From Halobacteriovoraceae bacterium (GTDB lineage Bacteria; Bdellovibrionota; Bacteriovoracia; Bacteriovoracales; Bacteriovoracaceae): 64,000 nt of DNA. Positions within the stretch are counted from its first letter, which is position 1, and every line of letters begins with the position of its first letter. The notes under the pieces were generated by a model. The model saw only the letters and a list, made by a program, of their open reading frames with translations. It made no database searches and was not told where the DNA came from. Below, in pieces: positions 9,321-19,006 of the stretch. Location of the stretch: contig CAVRCF010000001.1 in NCBI GenBank assembly GCA_963719505.1, positions 1,024,001 through 1,088,000 of the forward strand, in the 5' to 3' direction. A program made the position numbers and the translations under genes.

Positions 9321-10339
9321 ATTTTCTTAAGTTTACCACTTGGAGTGTATTCAAAATTTTTAACAATTCTAATATGGAAAATATTAAATTGTTTAAGAGA
9401 GGAAAGATCTATTTCATCTTTTGAAATAACGACTGGCTCTTGGCCCCTTGATCTAGATGGAAGAGATGTTAAATAGAATTCAAAATCTAATAAGAAGCTT
9501 TTTTTTATCTGCTCTTCAAGATGATCCAAGTCGATAAATAAACCAGAGCATTTTATTTTTCTATCACTCCTTCCAAAAATAGTTAAACTATTTCCTTCTA
9601 CTGTGCCCATATCATTTGTTTTAAATACTAACTCTGAAGCTTGCTCTTTAACTATCCCAAAGGAATCAACTGTGAAGAGCCTATCGAAAATGAAAGGGGA
9701 GGTAATTTCAACTGTCTTTTTTACTGAAACGTTATTCCAAGGAAGTATTGAAAAAGTGTTGTATTGATCTAAAGTTGAAGTTGCAACTTGAGAACAAACT
9801 TCACTTGCACCGTATGTTGGATAGAAAATAGAAGGGTGCCTTTTTAGTAAATTAAAATCTTCAACTGATAAACTATCACCCCCAATAAAAACCATCTTAA
9901 CAGAATCTGGGAAACTAAGATTTTTTTTAAGGAAGTCGTGAATTTGTCGAGGAACTAAGGAGAGATGTGTAATAGAGTGCTCTTGGCAGGAACTAACAAT
10001 CGCTTCAATTGAGAGGTCAGAGGGACTAAATATAGAGGCTCCATTTTCGTATGCTCTAAACATAATAGAAATACCACCCATGTAAAATGAAGGAAGTGAT
10101 AGAAGCCAGCGGTCAGTGGATTTTATATTAAAGAAATGATTCATTTCTTTTGCGTGACCAAGCATTTTTAAAAAAGAAATTTCAAAAACTTTAATCTTTG
10201 ATGATGTTGTGCCAGAGGAGCAAAAATAGAGATATCCCTTTTCTTTAAAGTATTTACTTCTTAGGTCTTTCCAAAGGTCGATGTCAACATCTGGACGACG
10301 AAAAAATAGAGAGGTGTCTAAATCTTTAATCTGTTCCAC
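9311..10339 (-). CDS. menE: O-succinylbenzoate-CoA ligase (divergent, short)
   Basis: AMP-binding SSGTTS, YGASE, TNDMG, GRSD, TPSGK; men cluster context. Confidence 0.8.
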   Translation of the reverse strand: MEQIKDLDTSLFFRRPDVDIDLWKDLRSKYFKEKGYLYFCSSGTTSSKIKVFEISFLKMLGHAKEMNHFFNIKSTDRWLLSLPSFYMGGISIMFRAYENGASIFSPSDLSIEAIVSSCQEHSITHLSLVPRQIHDFLKKNLSFPDSVKMVFIGGDSLSVEDFNLLKRHPSIFYPTYGASEVCSQVATSTLDQYNTFSILPWNNVSVKKTVEITSPFIFDRLFTVDSFGIVKEQASELVFKTNDMGTVEGNSLTIFGRSDRKIKCSGLFIDLDHLEEQIKKSFLLDFEFYLTSLPSRSRGQEPVVISKDEIDLSSLKQFNIFHIRIVKNFEYTPSGKLKKIYL

Positions 10340-11133
10340 TTTAACTCCCGAAGCTTCTTATACTCTTCAGTGACGACTTCTTTTTTGATAAAAATTTTGT
10401 TTTGAGATATCTGGTAAAGTTTAGGAACAAAGGGATTGTAGATACCTTGAATTCTTCTGGTATCACCAAGCTTCAGTAAGTAACAATAACTATGCCATGA
10501 TCCCAGGAGACCTTCAAATTGATTTGAAAAGATACTCTTATAAGCTCGAGGATCATGAGGATTAATAGTTGGTCTATAGATAATCGGAAAACCTCTGTAG
10601 TCATCTGTCTCTTTACTTAGATTATAGAGATGGTCAATCGCAAGCGGTACTTTGTAGTTTTGATAGAGGTCAAAGTCGAAAGGAAAGGGATCTTCAATGT
10701 ATTCAATTTTATTAGTCTCTATATTTTGAATAAAATGATCAAAGCTCTCTTTTGTATAAAAATTATTGCAATCGAGTCTTAGTTTCGAAAACTCTTTTTG
10801 ATATTTTTGAACAAGGACTATATCATCCTCAATCCTTCCTGTTAACTTTAGCTTAAGTGTGTCACTTAACTTGTGGAGTTGATTTTGATAAAAAAGTGAG
10901 TGATTTTGAAAAGAAAGGTTCTCTTTAATTGTTTTTGTTGAAAATTCAAAAGCATCAAAATAGGCATTAGACAGGATAAAATGTCGTTTTCTACTTCTTA
11001 TTATGTCGACGATTTCGCCAAAAGAGGGGTAACCCAATTTTTTTAGTTCATGGTATTCGCTGTATCCAATAGCGCTTCCAAAATCGACCTTAAACAAAAT
11101 AAAATGGGATTTAAAGTGATAGTAAACTTTCAT
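10318..11133 (-). CDS. menC: O-succinylbenzoate synthase (divergent enolase superfamily)
   Basis: LKLK, LRLDCN, YIEDP, LAID motifs; context. Confidence 0.7.
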   Translation of the reverse strand: MKVYYHFKSHFILFKVDFGSAIGYSEYHELKKLGYPSFGEIVDIIRSRKRHFILSNAYFDAFEFSTKTIKENLSFQNHSLFYQNQLHKLSDTLKLKLTGRIEDDIVLVQKYQKEFSKLRLDCNNFYTKESFDHFIQNIETNKIEYIEDPFPFDFDLYQNYKVPLAIDHLYNLSKETDDYRGFPIIYRPTINPHDPRAYKSIFSNQFEGLLGSWHSYCYLLKLGDTRRIQGIYNPFVPKLYQISQNKIFIKKEVVTEEYKKLRELKWNRLKI

Positions 11134-11960
11134 ATTACAGCAATGTAGAGGAGGGTTGTTGTTAGGAGATTTAAAAGGGCGACCTTAAAGATTTTTTGTC
11201 GGTTAAGGTTTTTATAAATGAAAATCACAAGCAATATATCTGTGAAAAGAGAAATCAAAAAGAGGTAGCGAGAAGTACAAAAAGTAAAAATAAGTTTGTG
11301 CATAGTGGTAGATAAAATAAAAGCTAGAAATATAAGCTTAGAACTTTTTTCATATTTAACAGCAATTGTTCTCTTTCCAAATTTTTTATCTCCCTCAAGG
11401 TCTCTGTAGTTATTAGCGTAAATAATAAGAATACTTAGCATTCCAAAGAGAGATCCACTAACGAACATCAAGAGGGAAAGAGCACCAGTTAAGGCATAAA
11501 ATGTTCCAATAAAGGCAACAAGTCCAAAATAGATGTAAACAAAGATTTCTCCTAATCCATTGTAGGCCAGAGGAAATGGTCCTCCAGTATACCCATATGC
11601 AAAAAATAATGAACTTAAGGCCAAAGGAATATAGAGAAGACTTATCTCAAAAAGGGCAAGAGATGATATAAAACAAATCAAAAGTGATACAAAGCCCAAA
11701 GACCACAGAACATTTTTATTTGCTAAAGAGCTCATTCTTGCATCTCCAACTCTAATGTCGTCTACACCATTTTTTCCATCGATGAGATCATTAAATATAT
11801 TAACGGCGATCTGAATAAAAATCCCTATTAAAACACAGTTTAAGAGCAAGCCTTTATTTATAATTTCTTGAGAGCTTTGTGCTAAAACAAAAGCACTAAA
11901 AACAGGAGCCAAAGAGGCGATCAGAGTTTGAGGTCTTGTTGCTTTTAGGTAGACGATCAT
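11130..11960 (-). CDS. menA: 1,4-dihydroxy-2-naphthoate prenyltransferase
   Basis: RPQTL, NIFNDLID, YTGGPFPLAYNGLGE, NNYRDLEGD; likely ATG 11960 overlaps the upstream stop. Confidence 0.9.
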   Translation of the reverse strand: MIVYLKATRPQTLIASLAPVFSAFVLAQSSQEIINKGLLLNCVLIGIFIQIAVNIFNDLIDGKNGVDDIRVGDARMSSLANKNVLWSLGFVSLLICFISSLALFEISLLYIPLALSSLFFAYGYTGGPFPLAYNGLGEIFVYIYFGLVAFIGTFYALTGALSLLMFVSGSLFGMLSILIIYANNYRDLEGDKKFGKRTIAVKYEKSSKLIFLAFILSTTMHKLIFTFCTSRYLFLISLFTDILLVIFIYKNLNRQKIFKVALLNLLTTTLLYIAVI

Positions 11961-12553
11961 TTCATTCCTCGCTCGATACTGTCCATAATCATGTAAATAG
12001 GAGCTCTGTGTCCGCACTTTGCATGAATGACTGTGTTTTCAAATTTAATATATTGTTCTAAAATTTTATGATCTAGCTCTCCACAATGAAGAGTTATCTT
12101 GTGCTGAAAAGTTGATACAAGGTTGTTATAATCTGGAGAGTTTGAAAGTCTATTGTTGTCAAATAATTCTCTGTATAGGGGCATCTTCTTTAAATTGATA
12201 TCAATCTTTTCATCATTTTTGAACAAGGGAAGCTGATTCCAAAATGTGGAGAAAGTATCCTTTTTCATTTGCTCTAAAATAGAATCTTCAAGCTTTATTC
12301 TTTTAGCTTTATTGTCACATCCAAGATGGGTACTGACTATATGAATATGATTAACGTCTGGTAGCCCCTCGGAATCTATTAAGGACAGAAGCTTCCTGCC
12401 ACCAAAAGAATACGCGATAATTGTCGTCTCAGAAGAAAGCTTTAAGTCGGATAGAGATTTTAGAAAATAGGGTGATTCTACTCTGCAGTTTTTTGGAGCT
12501 CGAATGTTTTCGCCAAAGAGTCCATGAATAAAGACCACCTGTGCTGCACTCAT
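11957..12553 (-). CDS. menH: MenH-like alpha/beta hydrolase (SHCHC synthase)
   Basis: FIHGLFG, AYSFGG nucleophile elbow, GELD, CGH; lies between menD and menA. Confidence 0.65.
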   Translation of the reverse strand: MSAAQVVFIHGLFGENIRAPKNCRVESPYFLKSLSDLKLSSETTIIAYSFGGRKLLSLIDSEGLPDVNHIHIVSTHLGCDNKAKRIKLEDSILEQMKKDTFSTFWNQLPLFKNDEKIDINLKKMPLYRELFDNNRLSNSPDYNNLVSTFQHKITLHCGELDHKILEQYIKFENTVIHAKCGHRAPIYMIMDSIERGMK

Positions 12554-13854
12554 TTTAGTTTTTCCCAAAGTCTTGTGTTGTGGTCTCTACTAATAAGAAC
12601 CTCTTTAAAGTTAGGGGGAAGGACAATCTTATCAGAGAGAGTCATTGTATGACCATTTACCATTCTAGCGTCAAAAGAGTACCTCTTAAATATTTCCCCG
12701 CCTCCGTTATTAATGATGAAAACCTCGAAGTTTTTAGGCATTTCTCGAAAAATAATATTGGCATCATACATAAAGGTTTGATCTCCAACGATGGCTACAA
12801 CTTTTTTCTCGGTCCCATTCGCTATTCCTAATGCCGTCGATAACTGACAGTCAATACCGTTGAGTCCTCGCGAGACCATGATCTTCGATTTTTTTATCGG
12901 ACAGTGTTTGGCATTTCTGATCGTAAGACTATTTCCCAGGTAAAAAATGGTATCGTCACTATCGCGTTCACAGATGATTTTTCTAAGCTGGAAGATTTCA
13001 CTCAAAGGAAAGTCATCAATAAGTTGGGAGTGCATATTTTTTAGTTCGAATTTATTTTTGTGAGTATCAAAGACTTTCAATATCTCGCCCACGCTGCCTT
13101 TTCGATTTTTTCCAAAGCTTAACCCGAGGGAAGCTTCTTGGGTGAAATGATTTACTTCAGGAGGATTAACGGTTCTTTCTAACTTTCGCCAAATTCCACA
13201 GTTTGGCATTGATCCCATTCGAATAATACAGCTAAAGAGACCTTGCATGTAAAGAGAATCAAGCTGTTCATCATCCAATATTTCTTCATCCGTGCGCATT
13301 TGGAAAAAGGGAGAGGTCACTTCTTGGTGAATTAGGCAATTAGTCTCCTTCAAATTTCGATATTGATCATGGGTCAAAGGAGCATTCTCATTTAAGATCA
13401 CCAAGGGGTACTGGAGCTTAGCAATTGGTAGAATGATTTTCTTTTCTTCGAGGTCAGCGTTGATATTAATATGTTTTGGATATCTATCGTCGTCAAGCGT
13501 TGTTGAACGGATGAAGGACACAAGGCAATTCTCTTGGTGGGTTGTTTGAGGAGCGTAGACACTTTTTAGTCTATCCGGTCTATCATAGGAGATAACAATA
13601 AGTTTAAGATGGGAGTGGTAAGCTTCCATAACAGCGGGCAGAGTTTCTCCTACAGCTGTGCCGGAAGTTGTCACCACCGCACAAGGCTTGTCGGTTTGCT
13701 TACTCATTCCCAAAGCCTCAAAAGCTGCAGCTCTTTCATCAAAGTGAAAAATTATTTTTGATTCAATACCCTCTAATTTTAAAAAAGGTTGGTTCCTCGC
13801 CCCAGGGCACACGATAAACGAGTGAATCTTTTCAAAACCTTTATCCACAGACAA
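12550..13854 (-). CDS. menD: SEPHCHC synthase (shortened)
   Basis: CPGARN, DERAAAFEALG, TTSGTA, RGLNGID, GDQTFMYD...NNGGG. Confidence 0.9.
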   Translation of the reverse strand: MSVDKGFEKIHSFIVCPGARNQPFLKLEGIESKIIFHFDERAAAFEALGMSKQTDKPCAVVTTSGTAVGETLPAVMEAYHSHLKLIVISYDRPDRLKSVYAPQTTHQENCLVSFIRSTTLDDDRYPKHININADLEEKKIILPIAKLQYPLVILNENAPLTHDQYRNLKETNCLIHQEVTSPFFQMRTDEEILDDEQLDSLYMQGLFSCIIRMGSMPNCGIWRKLERTVNPPEVNHFTQEASLGLSFGKNRKGSVGEILKVFDTHKNKFELKNMHSQLIDDFPLSEIFQLRKIICERDSDDTIFYLGNSLTIRNAKHCPIKKSKIMVSRGLNGIDCQLSTALGIANGTEKKVVAIVGDQTFMYDANIIFREMPKNFEVFIINNGGGEIFKRYSFDARMVNGHTMTLSDKIVLPPNFKEVLISRDHNTRLWEKLK

Positions 13855-14827
13855 GCTCCATGACTGACTTCATTTTTAGTTTTGACTCATTAAGCTCTCC
13901 TTCAAAGGTCGATCCCTTGACGATTCCACAGCCAGTCGTAATAAGTCCTTCTTCTTTGTTTAGTGTCAGGTTTCTGATGTTAATGAGAGCTTTTGTCGTA
14001 TCATCTTGGCATATCAGGATAGGACCACCATAAAAGGGTGAAGGATTTTTTTGATAGTAATTTAAAGAAGAACTCAATGCTCTTACCCTCTCTGTGGGAT
14101 CTCCAAAAATAGCAGATGTTGGTGCTAGTAAGGGAACAAGTTCCTCAAGCCTGAGAGGAGAATGAAATTTAATGGTTGATTTGTAATGGTAATAGTTTGA
14201 ATAACGAATAATCTCTCTTTTTTCAATTTCAAAATGCTTAGAAATCTTTTGAACTTTTTGTAAAAGGTTACTTTCAACATTTTTATGTTCTCGAATAAAT
14301 TTATCGTTATTAAGCAAATGAGGGCTTTCAGCAGTGGCCGCTATACAATCAGATACATATTGGTCATTTTCACTTTTTTCAAATAGAACCTCTGGTGAAT
14401 TTGTAATTGAGAGAAAGTCTTTTTCCCAGAAAATAAATAAATGCTTATCAAACGAATTTATGGCGTTGAATATGAGATTAAATAGCTGATCTTTTTTAAA
14501 CGTTACTTTATAGCAGTTGTACCAAAGAGCTTTCTCTATAAAGTTCGACTCAATATTTTTGTAAATACTCAGAAAATCCTGTTCAAAGATTGATGAATTA
14601 ATTAAGGGGTGTGTTATCGGAAGTGTAGCTTTATTGTTTATAAGAATCATTTCTCGCTTATCTAGGAAAACTTTCTTTTTAAATGTGCCAAAGATATCAA
14701 AAAAACTAATGAAGTCATTCGTTTCATGTTGCGGTGATACTTGTGAGAAATATAAATGTCCTTTATCACTGTAAATGAGACCAGCCTTAGATGTTAAATA
14801 TTTCTGTATCTTCTCTTTATTGTTCAT
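13841..14827 (-). CDS. menF: Isochorismate synthase-like chorismate-binding enzyme
   Basis: SPEVLF, REH, PTSAIFG, NIRN, GCGIVKGS...ELNESKLK; likely start MNNKE at 14827. Confidence 0.75.
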   Translation of the reverse strand: MNNKEKIQKYLTSKAGLIYSDKGHLYFSQVSPQHETNDFISFFDIFGTFKKKVFLDKREMILINNKATLPITHPLINSSIFEQDFLSIYKNIESNFIEKALWYNCYKVTFKKDQLFNLIFNAINSFDKHLFIFWEKDFLSITNSPEVLFEKSENDQYVSDCIAATAESPHLLNNDKFIREHKNVESNLLQKVQKISKHFEIEKREIIRYSNYYHYKSTIKFHSPLRLEELVPLLAPTSAIFGDPTERVRALSSSLNYYQKNPSPFYGGPILICQDDTTKALINIRNLTLNKEEGLITTGCGIVKGSTFEGELNESKLKMKSVMELVCG

Positions 14828-14844
14828 GCTAGTGTGAACGATAT
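14818..14844. promoter_or_regulatory. Putative operator, copy 1 (TATTGTTCATG-CTAGT-GTGAACGATAT)
   Basis: Dyad GTTCA-N8-TGAAC in the menF/DAHP divergent region; both 11-bp arms are identical to the inverted copy at 17505-17531. Confidence 0.7.
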
Positions 14845-14875
14845 CACGCTTTGTTAAACAGGACAATACAAGGAT

Positions 14876-15622
14876 ATGCATTTGCTAGACAACGAATTTA
14901 CCATTTTTTCAGGACCCTGCTCATTAGAGAGTGAACAGCAATTGGAGTGTCAACTTCGCGACTTGAAGACCAAGTACGTAAGAGCGGGTATTTATAAGCT
15001 AAGGACAGAGGCGACTTCATTCCAAGGTCTCAGATCCGAAGGTATAGATATTATTAAAAACTTAAAGAAAAAGTATGACTTCAAACTTGTCTCTGAGGTG
15101 GTTTCACAAAACAGTGCTGAGGAGCTTCAGCCCATAGTAGACTATTTCCAAGTTGGGACAAGAAACATGTATAACTATGAGCTCTTGAAGAGCCTCAATA
15201 CCTTCGGTAAACCCATAATTTTGAAAAGGGGGTTTAGCGCAACAATAAAAGAGTGGATTGCGGCTGCACACTATATAGAAGATGCTGAAGAAAGAGTGAT
15301 TCTTTGTGAAAGAGGCGTGAGAAGCTTTGAGACAAGCTATAGAAATATGCTTGACCTTAACGCAGTAGCATTCATAAAAGCTCATACAAACTTTAAGGTT
15401 ATTGTTGATCCTTCTCACGGAACCGGAAGGCGAGAGCTTATTCTGCCGCTGGCCAAGGCTTCTCTTGCCGTGGGGGCTGATGGAATTATGCTTGAAGCCC
15501 ATCCAAATCCTCAAGAGGCTCTTTCTGATAAGGAGCAAGCATTGAGCCATGAACAACTAAGGAACATTATTAAAGAGCTTGAAGTCATCGCTCCAAGTTT
15601 TGGAAAAAAGGTAGTCTACTGA
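14876..15622 (+). CDS. aroF: DAHP synthase, class I-beta, catalytic domain only
   Basis: GPCSLES, KLRT..SFQG, QVGTRNM, LKRG, LCERG, DPSHGTG. Confidence 0.88.
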   Translation: MHLLDNEFTIFSGPCSLESEQQLECQLRDLKTKYVRAGIYKLRTEATSFQGLRSEGIDIIKNLKKKYDFKLVSEVVSQNSAEELQPIVDYFQVGTRNMYNYELLKSLNTFGKPIILKRGFSATIKEWIAAAHYIEDAEERVILCERGVRSFETSYRNMLDLNAVAFIKAHTNFKVIVDPSHGTGRRELILPLAKASLAVGADGIMLEAHPNPQEALSDKEQALSHEQLRNIIKELEVIAPSFGKKVVY

Positions 15623-16287
15623 TGCCAGAGAAAGAAAAAATTGAAAGAATGTTTGATACGATAGCTCCTCGCTATGATCTTTTAAACAATATTCTCTCCT
15701 TAGGGACTCACTGGTTTTGGAAACGAAGACTCATAAAGTCTATTGAGAGGGTGAACCCGGCTTCTGTTTTGGACATCGCTACAGGTACTGGGGATATTAT
15801 TGGTCAATTTAATAATAAAGCTATTAAGCTTATGGGCACAGATATCTCAAAAGAGATGTTGAGTGAGGCCAAAACCAAGTTTCCCGACATTTCCTTTCTT
15901 GTCGACGACATCACAAAATCGGATCTCCTTGATAAAAGTTTTGACGTGAGCTGCATCTCTTATGGAATTAGGAATGTTAGTTCTATAGAAGAAGCTTTAA
16001 TAGAGATGAAAAGAGTGACAAATAAAAATATTTTCATTTTGGAGTTCGGGCAACCTGAAAACATTGTTTTAAAGGCCATATACTTCGGTCTGATGAAGTA
16101 CCTAATCCCTTTTATTGGGAGCCTCTTTGGATCTCGTTCTTCATATAACTACCTGATTGAGTCTTCAATGAACTTCCCCTCAGGAGCGAAATTTAAAACT
16201 CTTTGTGAAAACACAATAAGCTGCAAAGGGGTTGAAGTGATTCCTATCTTTGGAGGAATTACCTACCTCTATAATATTAAGCTTTAG
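15622..16287 (+). CDS. menG: Demethylmenaquinone methyltransferase (MenG/UbiE)
   Basis: MFDTIAPRYDLLN, LDIATGTGD, YGIRNV, YLIES. Confidence 0.9.
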   Translation: MPEKEKIERMFDTIAPRYDLLNNILSLGTHWFWKRRLIKSIERVNPASVLDIATGTGDIIGQFNNKAIKLMGTDISKEMLSEAKTKFPDISFLVDDITKSDLLDKSFDVSCISYGIRNVSSIEEALIEMKRVTNKNIFILEFGQPENIVLKAIYFGLMKYLIPFIGSLFGSRSSYNYLIESSMNFPSGAKFKTLCENTISCKGVEVIPIFGGITYLYNIKL

Positions 16288-17515
16288 CTATTAACTTTGA
16301 TAAAAGTTCTCTTCCATCACTTAGAGAGACTTTCTTGTTACGTTTGAGCCTCTCTTCTAAGAGGCTGACAAGTTTTTTATGAACTTTAGGGTCTTTGGTT
16401 AATTCACCAGAAATATTATCGAGATGCATTTTCATATGACCGGCGACAATGCCCTCAGATACAAGGGCCCTCAGAGCGCTGAAGTTTTGCAAAAGCCCAC
16501 TAACGGCTATAATTCTTTGGAGATCATCCTTTGATTTTACTTTCATCAGCTCTAGTGCAAGCTTTGCAAAGGGATGAACTTTAGTTGCGCCTCCCACGAT
16601 TCCGATCTGAAGAGGGATCGACATCTCACCCAAAAGTTGTCCGTCTGAAAAAGTCCATTTACTCAAAGGTTTGTAACAGTTATCTCTACAGGCAAAAGAG
16701 TGTAAAAGTGCATTGTTTGCCCTCCAATCATTACCAGTAACAATAAGAATGGGATCAATCGCATTGATGATCCCTTTGTTGTGTGTAGAAGCTCTTGCAG
16801 GCAGTTGTGCCGAAAGTTCAGAAGCTTGGGCAATTCTTTTACCTAAGTTCTCATCACATCTTAGGCTCGCTTTAACGGTTACACTGGCCATGGGAGAGGA
16901 GTTAGACAATATGCACATAAGTGGTTTGGGGAAATTGAATTCCAATTCTAAGAAACCGCTGGCCCTCTCGCACATTTGGGTCACGAGGTTAGCCCCCATA
17001 GCTTCGAGAGGATTAATCTTTATGTGATAAGTAGTAAAGTTTTGCGTTTTTACTTTATCAATACCTAAGATCTCTCCGCCTCTTTTAAAATAGGAAGGGA
17101 ACTCAACTTTTAGAAAGCGATAAATGTCTTCTTGATAATTCTTCAGGTCAAGGTCTTGAAGTTCTGAACTATTGTAGGCCATTTGACCAATCAAAACAGT
17201 AGGGTGAATTTGGGTTTCTATTTTTCCTGAGTTTCTAAAAAGCTTACTTGAGTGATTTAGAGCTGCGATAACGCTGCTTTCTTCGACAGCAAGGATCGTA
17301 TTGACCAATTTGTCGTCGACCGGCATCTGGGTGACGATTCCCATCGGAAGCTGAAAGTATCCAATGAAGTTCTCAATGAGAGCCTCGCCGACTTCATCTG
17401 TAATAAATTCGTTAGACAAAAAAAGATTCATATCATCTAACCCCTCGAAATTTTGAGAGACTATTCGCTTTCTATCTTTTGTCTTTAGTTTATATAATTT
17501 TTCCATATCGTTCAC
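16277..17515 (-). CDS. mvaA: Class II HMG-CoA reductase
   Basis: ENFIG, EESSVIAA, EAMGAN, THNKGIIN, GNDWRA, GHMKMH. Confidence 0.9.
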   Translation of the reverse strand: MNDMEKLYKLKTKDRKRIVSQNFEGLDDMNLFLSNEFITDEVGEALIENFIGYFQLPMGIVTQMPVDDKLVNTILAVEESSVIAALNHSSKLFRNSGKIETQIHPTVLIGQMAYNSSELQDLDLKNYQEDIYRFLKVEFPSYFKRGGEILGIDKVKTQNFTTYHIKINPLEAMGANLVTQMCERASGFLELEFNFPKPLMCILSNSSPMASVTVKASLRCDENLGKRIAQASELSAQLPARASTHNKGIINAIDPILIVTGNDWRANNALLHSFACRDNCYKPLSKWTFSDGQLLGEMSIPLQIGIVGGATKVHPFAKLALELMKVKSKDDLQRIIAVSGLLQNFSALRALVSEGIVAGHMKMHLDNISGELTKDPKVHKKLVSLLEERLKRNKKVSLSDGRELLSKLIAKA

Positions 17516-17531
17516 GTAGTCATGAACAATA
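17505..17531. promoter_or_regulatory. Putative operator, copy 2 (ATATCGTTCAC-GTAGT-CATGAACAATA)
   Basis: Inverted match to copy 1, in the HMG-CoA reductase/polyprenyl synthase divergent region. Confidence 0.7.
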
Positions 17532-17570
17532 TAATATGGTTTAATTTATAATACAAGTGACAAAGGGTGG

Positions 17571-18509
17571 ATGATGGTAAGTCTAAAAGAAAATTTAGCA
17601 AACTTTTTTTTCGAGGGTGATCATAGTAACAAGCTATATCTTAAAGAGGGAAGCCTTGATTATCTAGCACAGGGTAAAGCTCTTCGGTCGAGAGTTTGTA
17701 TAGAACTAGGAAAAACCTTTTTGTTGAATCCAAAGCAAGCGGCCATACTTGGTCAAACGATTGAGATGATTCACAATGCGACTTTAATTCACGATGATGT
17801 TGTCGACTTTTCACATTTTAGACGTGGAAGTGAAACTCTTAATTCTTTTTATGGTAATAAAAAATCTGTTTTAGTTGGAGATTATATCCTAGCGAAAGCT
17901 ATCGCGGACCTCTCTCTTCTCAATCGTCCTTCTTTGATTGCTGCAATTGCTATGGCACTCAAGTCTCTTGTCGATGGAGAAATATTTCAAATGGAGCATA
18001 GTGACCCCTTTGATATATCAGAGGATGATTATATAAGGCTTGCAATGAATAAGACGGGAGCCCTTTTTGCTTGGTCTTTCTCATCAGTTGTTGATTTGAA
18101 ATTTGAAAACACTTCTCTCACAAAAGCGATGCATGAAATGGGAGAGGAGTTAGGGGTCCTTTTTCAAATGAAAGATGACCTCCTCGATTTTACAGTTGAA
18201 ACTAAAACTCAAGGGCTAGACCTTAGGAACAATAATGTTAATTATGTATTCTCTCTTTTTGCAAATGCGGATTCAAAAGTTAAATCGGCTTTAAGGAGTG
18301 CACAAGCTCTGGGTGATCTTTCAGAGGAAATTAAAAGGGAACTTCTTCAAAAGCAAAGTCTTGCTGAACAGAGGCTTGATGACAGAGCAAATAGAGTTAA
18401 AAATTTAATGAGAAGTATTTGCAATGAGCATCTAGAGGAGAAGTATTGGAAAAACTTCGCAATTTTTGTTGAATCCTTTGTCAAAAAGATAACGACAAGA
18501 ACTTATTAA
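17571..18509 (+). CDS. Polyprenyl diphosphate synthase (IspB/HepT-like)
   Basis: GKALR, LIHDDVVD..RRG, KTGALF, FQMKDDLLD. Confidence 0.9.
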   Translation: MMVSLKENLANFFFEGDHSNKLYLKEGSLDYLAQGKALRSRVCIELGKTFLLNPKQAAILGQTIEMIHNATLIHDDVVDFSHFRRGSETLNSFYGNKKSVLVGDYILAKAIADLSLLNRPSLIAAIAMALKSLVDGEIFQMEHSDPFDISEDDYIRLAMNKTGALFAWSFSSVVDLKFENTSLTKAMHEMGEELGVLFQMKDDLLDFTVETKTQGLDLRNNNVNYVFSLFANADSKVKSALRSAQALGDLSEEIKRELLQKQSLAEQRLDDRANRVKNLMRSICNEHLEEKYWKNFAIFVESFVKKITTRTY

Positions 18510-18512
18510 TTC

Positions 18513-19004
18513 TTATTTTTTAAAACTTTTCCAAAGCGATAGATTAATCTTTTCAAGTTTTATAACATTATCAATCGTCTTACTGCCGGACTTTACAAGG
18601 TTGTTCAAATTTTTGAATCTCTCTGGGGAAACACCTAGTTGAATAAGCTCTTTTTGGTTTAGTTTATTTAATTGAGTGATTTGATGAGAGATATTTGTGA
18701 TAAGTTTTTTCTCTCTCATTTTTAAAACTTTCGTTATAGCGTGAAAAATATCAGGGTTGGCGATAAACAGCTCAGCCCCGTGTTGTCCAGTACCTTGCTC
18801 TAGAATCACTTCGAACTTCTTGAGATCACTTAGGGTTGTACTGAGAAGGGCCTTAGATATTTGAAAGGTCTCCTTAAGCTCCTTCGAAGATACAGGTCTC
18901 TCTACAAGGTAGACGTAAGTCCATATCTTTCCATGGATTGGCTTAAAGCCCCAGTACTTTATAAATTCACCGATGGAATCCGTTAAATTATCTAAGTTTT
19001 TCAT
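18513..19004 (-). CDS. GbsR/MarR family transcriptional regulator
   Basis: 'IGEFIKYWGFKPIHGKIWTYVYLVERPVSSKELKETFQISKALLSTTLSDL' is typical of a GbsR-type winged HTH. Confidence 0.8.
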   Translation of the reverse strand: MKNLDNLTDSIGEFIKYWGFKPIHGKIWTYVYLVERPVSSKELKETFQISKALLSTTLSDLKKFEVILEQGTGQHGAELFIANPDIFHAITKVLKMREKKLITNISHQITQLNKLNQKELIQLGVSPERFKNLNNLVKSGSKTIDNVIKLEKINLSLWKSFKK

Positions 19005-19006
19005 GC

